Made by a program: the position numbers and the translations under genes | Notes under the pieces: model-generated | Told to the model about the DNA's origin: nothing | Databases searched by the model: none | Seen by the model: the letters and a program-made list of their open reading frames with translations, nothing else | Source: Octopus sinensis | Taxonomy: Eukaryota | NCBI RefSeq assembly: GCF_006345805.1 | Contig: NC_043024.1 | Location: forward strand, 15,252,001 to 15,316,000 | DNA length: 64,000 nucleotides | Direction of reading: 5' to 3' | Shown here: positions 61,258-64,000 of the stretch, piece by piece | Layout: the number at the start of each line of letters is the position of its first letter | Position numbering within the stretch: the first letter of the stretch is position 1

Positions 61258-64000
61258 TCATCATCATCATCATCATCGTTTAACGTCCGCTTTCCATGCT
61301 AGCATGGGTTAGACGGTTCAACTGGGGTCTGGCAAGCCCGAAGGCTGCACCAGGCCAGTCAGATCTGGCAGTGTTTCTACAGCTGGATGCCCTTCCTAAC
61401 GCCAACCACTCCGAGAGTGTAGTGGGTGATTTTATGTGCCACCGACACAGGTGCCAGACGAGGCTGGCAGACGGTCATGCTCGGATAGTGTTTTTTATGT
61501 GCCACCGACACATGTGCCAGACAAGGCTGGCGAACGGCTACGATCGGATGGTGTTTGTTACGTGCCCACAGCACAGAGGCCAGTCAATGCGGTACTGGCT
61601 ACGGTCCCGTTCGGATGGTTTTCTTATGTGCCACCGGCACTGGTACCACAAGGATACAAATTCCATTGATGTTCATCTATTTTGATTTGATTCGATTTGA
61701 CTTTCACTTGCCTCAACAGGTCTTCACAAGTATCACAAGCAGGAAGGTATGCACAGGTGGACTGACTACGTCCCAGGTAGGGGCCATGGGTTATGGCTTC
61801 ACTAGTCTTGCCGGGTCTTCTCACGCACAGCATACTTCCATAGGTCTCGTTCTCTAGTCATTTCCATGGTGAGACCTAACGTTCGAAGGTCGTGCTTCAC
61901 CACCTCGTCCCAGGTTTTCCTGGGTCTACCTCTTCCACGGGTTCCCTCAACTGCTAGGGATTGGCACTTTCTCACACACCTATCTTCATCCATTCTTGCC
62001 ACATGACCATACCAGCGCAATCGTCTCTCTTGCACACAACAACTGATGCTTCTTAGGTACAACATTTCTCTCAAGGAACTAACTCTCTGTCGAGTAAGTA
62101 CACTGACATTACACATCCATCGGAGCATACTAGCTTCATTCCTCATGAGCTTACGCATGTCCTCAGCAGTCACGGCCCATGTTTCACTGCCATGTAGCAT
62201 GGCAGTTCGTACACATGCATCATACAGTCTGCCCTTTACTCTGAGTGAGAGGCCTTTAGTCACCAGCAGAGGTAAGAGCTCCCTAAACTTTGCCCAGGCT
62301 ATTCTTATTCTAGCAGTTACTCTCTCAGCGCACCCACCCCCACTACTGACTTGGTCACCTAGATAACGGAAGCTATCAACTACTTCTAATTTTTCCCCTT
62401 GGAAAGTGATGGAAGTTGTTTTCTGCAGATCTTCGGAGGTCAATGCTCCCGAGCATCTGCCACATACAAAATCTATCTTCCCAGTTAGCCTACCTTTGAC
62501 ATTGCTGCACCTCTTATGTGTCCATAGCTTACACTGGGTACATCTTATAGAGTTTCTACCTACACCTTTTCTACAGATCGAGCAGGGCCATCTTCCTGAG
62601 GACATTTGTGGATTGTCTACCTTTCTACTTATTAGTACTTTGGTTTTAGCTAGGTTGATCTAAGTGTTTTTTATTCTAAACCCTCCTTCCACACCTCGAA
62701 CTTCACCTCCAGTTCTGATAGTGACTCAGCAATTAGAGCGAGGTCGTCAGCATAGAGGAGCTCCCAGGGGCATCCTGTCTTGAATTCCTCCACAATTGCC
62801 TGGAGGACTATGATAAATAGGAGGGGGCTGAGTACTGAACCCTGGTGGACCCCAACCTCTACTTTGAATTCTTCTCTGTACATGTTGCCAACCCTAACCT
62901 TACTTACGGCATCTCTGTACATGGCTTGCACAGCCCTAACCAGCCATTCATCTATCTCTAGTTTCCTCATTGACCACCAGATGAGGGATTGGGGGACCCT
63001 ATCAAAGGCTTTCTCCATGTCAACGAAAGCCAGGTACAGGGGCTTATCTTTGGCTAGGTATTTCTCCTGCAGCTGCCTTACCAGGAATATAGCATCAGTG
63101 GTGCTTTTCCCTGGCATGAACCCAAACTGCATCTCATCTAAACTAACTCTCTCTCTAATTAGTTGGGCTATGACCCTCTCCGTAACCTTCATTACCTGAT
63201 CCAACAGCTTGATACCTCTGTAATTATTTGTATCTAGGGCATCACCTTTACCCTTGTAGCAGTTGACTAGTATGCTGCTACACCAGTCATTGGGTATGAC
63301 TCCTTCGTGTATCACCTGGTTGACTATACGGGTGACTAGGTTATAGCCGACACTGCCAGATATTTTGAGCATCTCTGCAGTAATTCCTGATGGGCCTGGG
63401 GCTTTCCCTGTCTTCACGCTTCTAATTGCCTTAGCTACCACGGAACTATCAACTCGGATAGCTGGTCCCTCTGTTGGGTCGACATTCGGCAGACTCTCTT
63501 TATCCCATTCATTTTCTTTATTCAGCAACCTTTCATAGTGGCATCTCCAAACCTCTCTCTTTGCATCCTCATTTAGCGCAAGTGAACCATCATCCATGCG
63601 AATACACTTCTCTCCTACCACATCACGATTCTCTCTCACACACTGTCTTGCAACACGAAATACCTCAAGTCTTTCATCCTCACGGCGCAGAACATTGGCA
63701 AATTTTTTCTTATCCGCTTCCCCTCTGGCTAAATAAACCTGTCTCCTAGCTTCCCTTCTGGCTGTCTGATACAATTCCCTGCTACCACCGTTCTTCCAGT
63801 CCTTCCAAGCCTGTCTCTTTTGTCTAATAGCCCTGTCAACCACAGTGTTCCACCACCATGTTACTCTGGGTTGAGATGGTACTTTTCTCCATCCACAGAT
63901 CTGGTCAGTGGCTGTCAGCAGATTGTCCCGTAGAAATCTCCAGTTGTCTTCCACATTAAGTGAAGCTATATCCCCTTCTATTTCGTCAAAGGCTTCGAGT
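61258..64000 (-). mobile_element. RTE-clade LINE, 5' part outside the window; RT ORF broken by a stop and frameshift near 62650-62673; structured 3' UTR and (GAT)n tail
   Basis: NYRGIKLL, QFGF.PGKSTTDAIF, GVHQGSVLSPLLF, LLYADDL, RERRLRWYGHV, GRGRPRKTW; tail at 61258-61275. Confidence 0.92.

Overview
AT-rich, microsatellite- and TE-dense metazoan genomic DNA. The SINE and LINE repertoire points to an octopod cephalopod (inference). The only host genes I can support are two divergent actin-like genes, head-to-tail on the minus strand. Both have a phase-0 intron after codon 41, the classic actin 41/42 position. Gene A has exon 1 present twice (34351-34473 and 36722-36844) through a ~2.4-kb tandem duplication, with exon 2 at 27537-28535. 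Gene B has exon 1 at 56013-56135 and exon 2 at 49141-50094. The rest is tRNA-derived SINEs, RTE and R4/Dong-like LINE relics, Penelope-like (PLE) relics, Tc1/mariner, piggyBac-like, hAT-like and Helitron-like elements, a solo LTR and mini/microsatellites. The main hidden signal is a family of non-coding elements inserted in (TA)n tracts. They carry type I hammerhead ribozymes (HHRs), occur as head-to-tail multimers (600-nt and ~495-nt monomers) or fold-back hairpins, and share a short conserved skeleton (T-run, GGCCACTGGT-like core, AT hairpin, CCCTTAT). This looks like a retrozyme/circRNA-type system, plausibly mobilised by PLEs. Both actin-like introns are invaded by it. Most ORFs in the supplied track are microsatellite or SINE artefacts.
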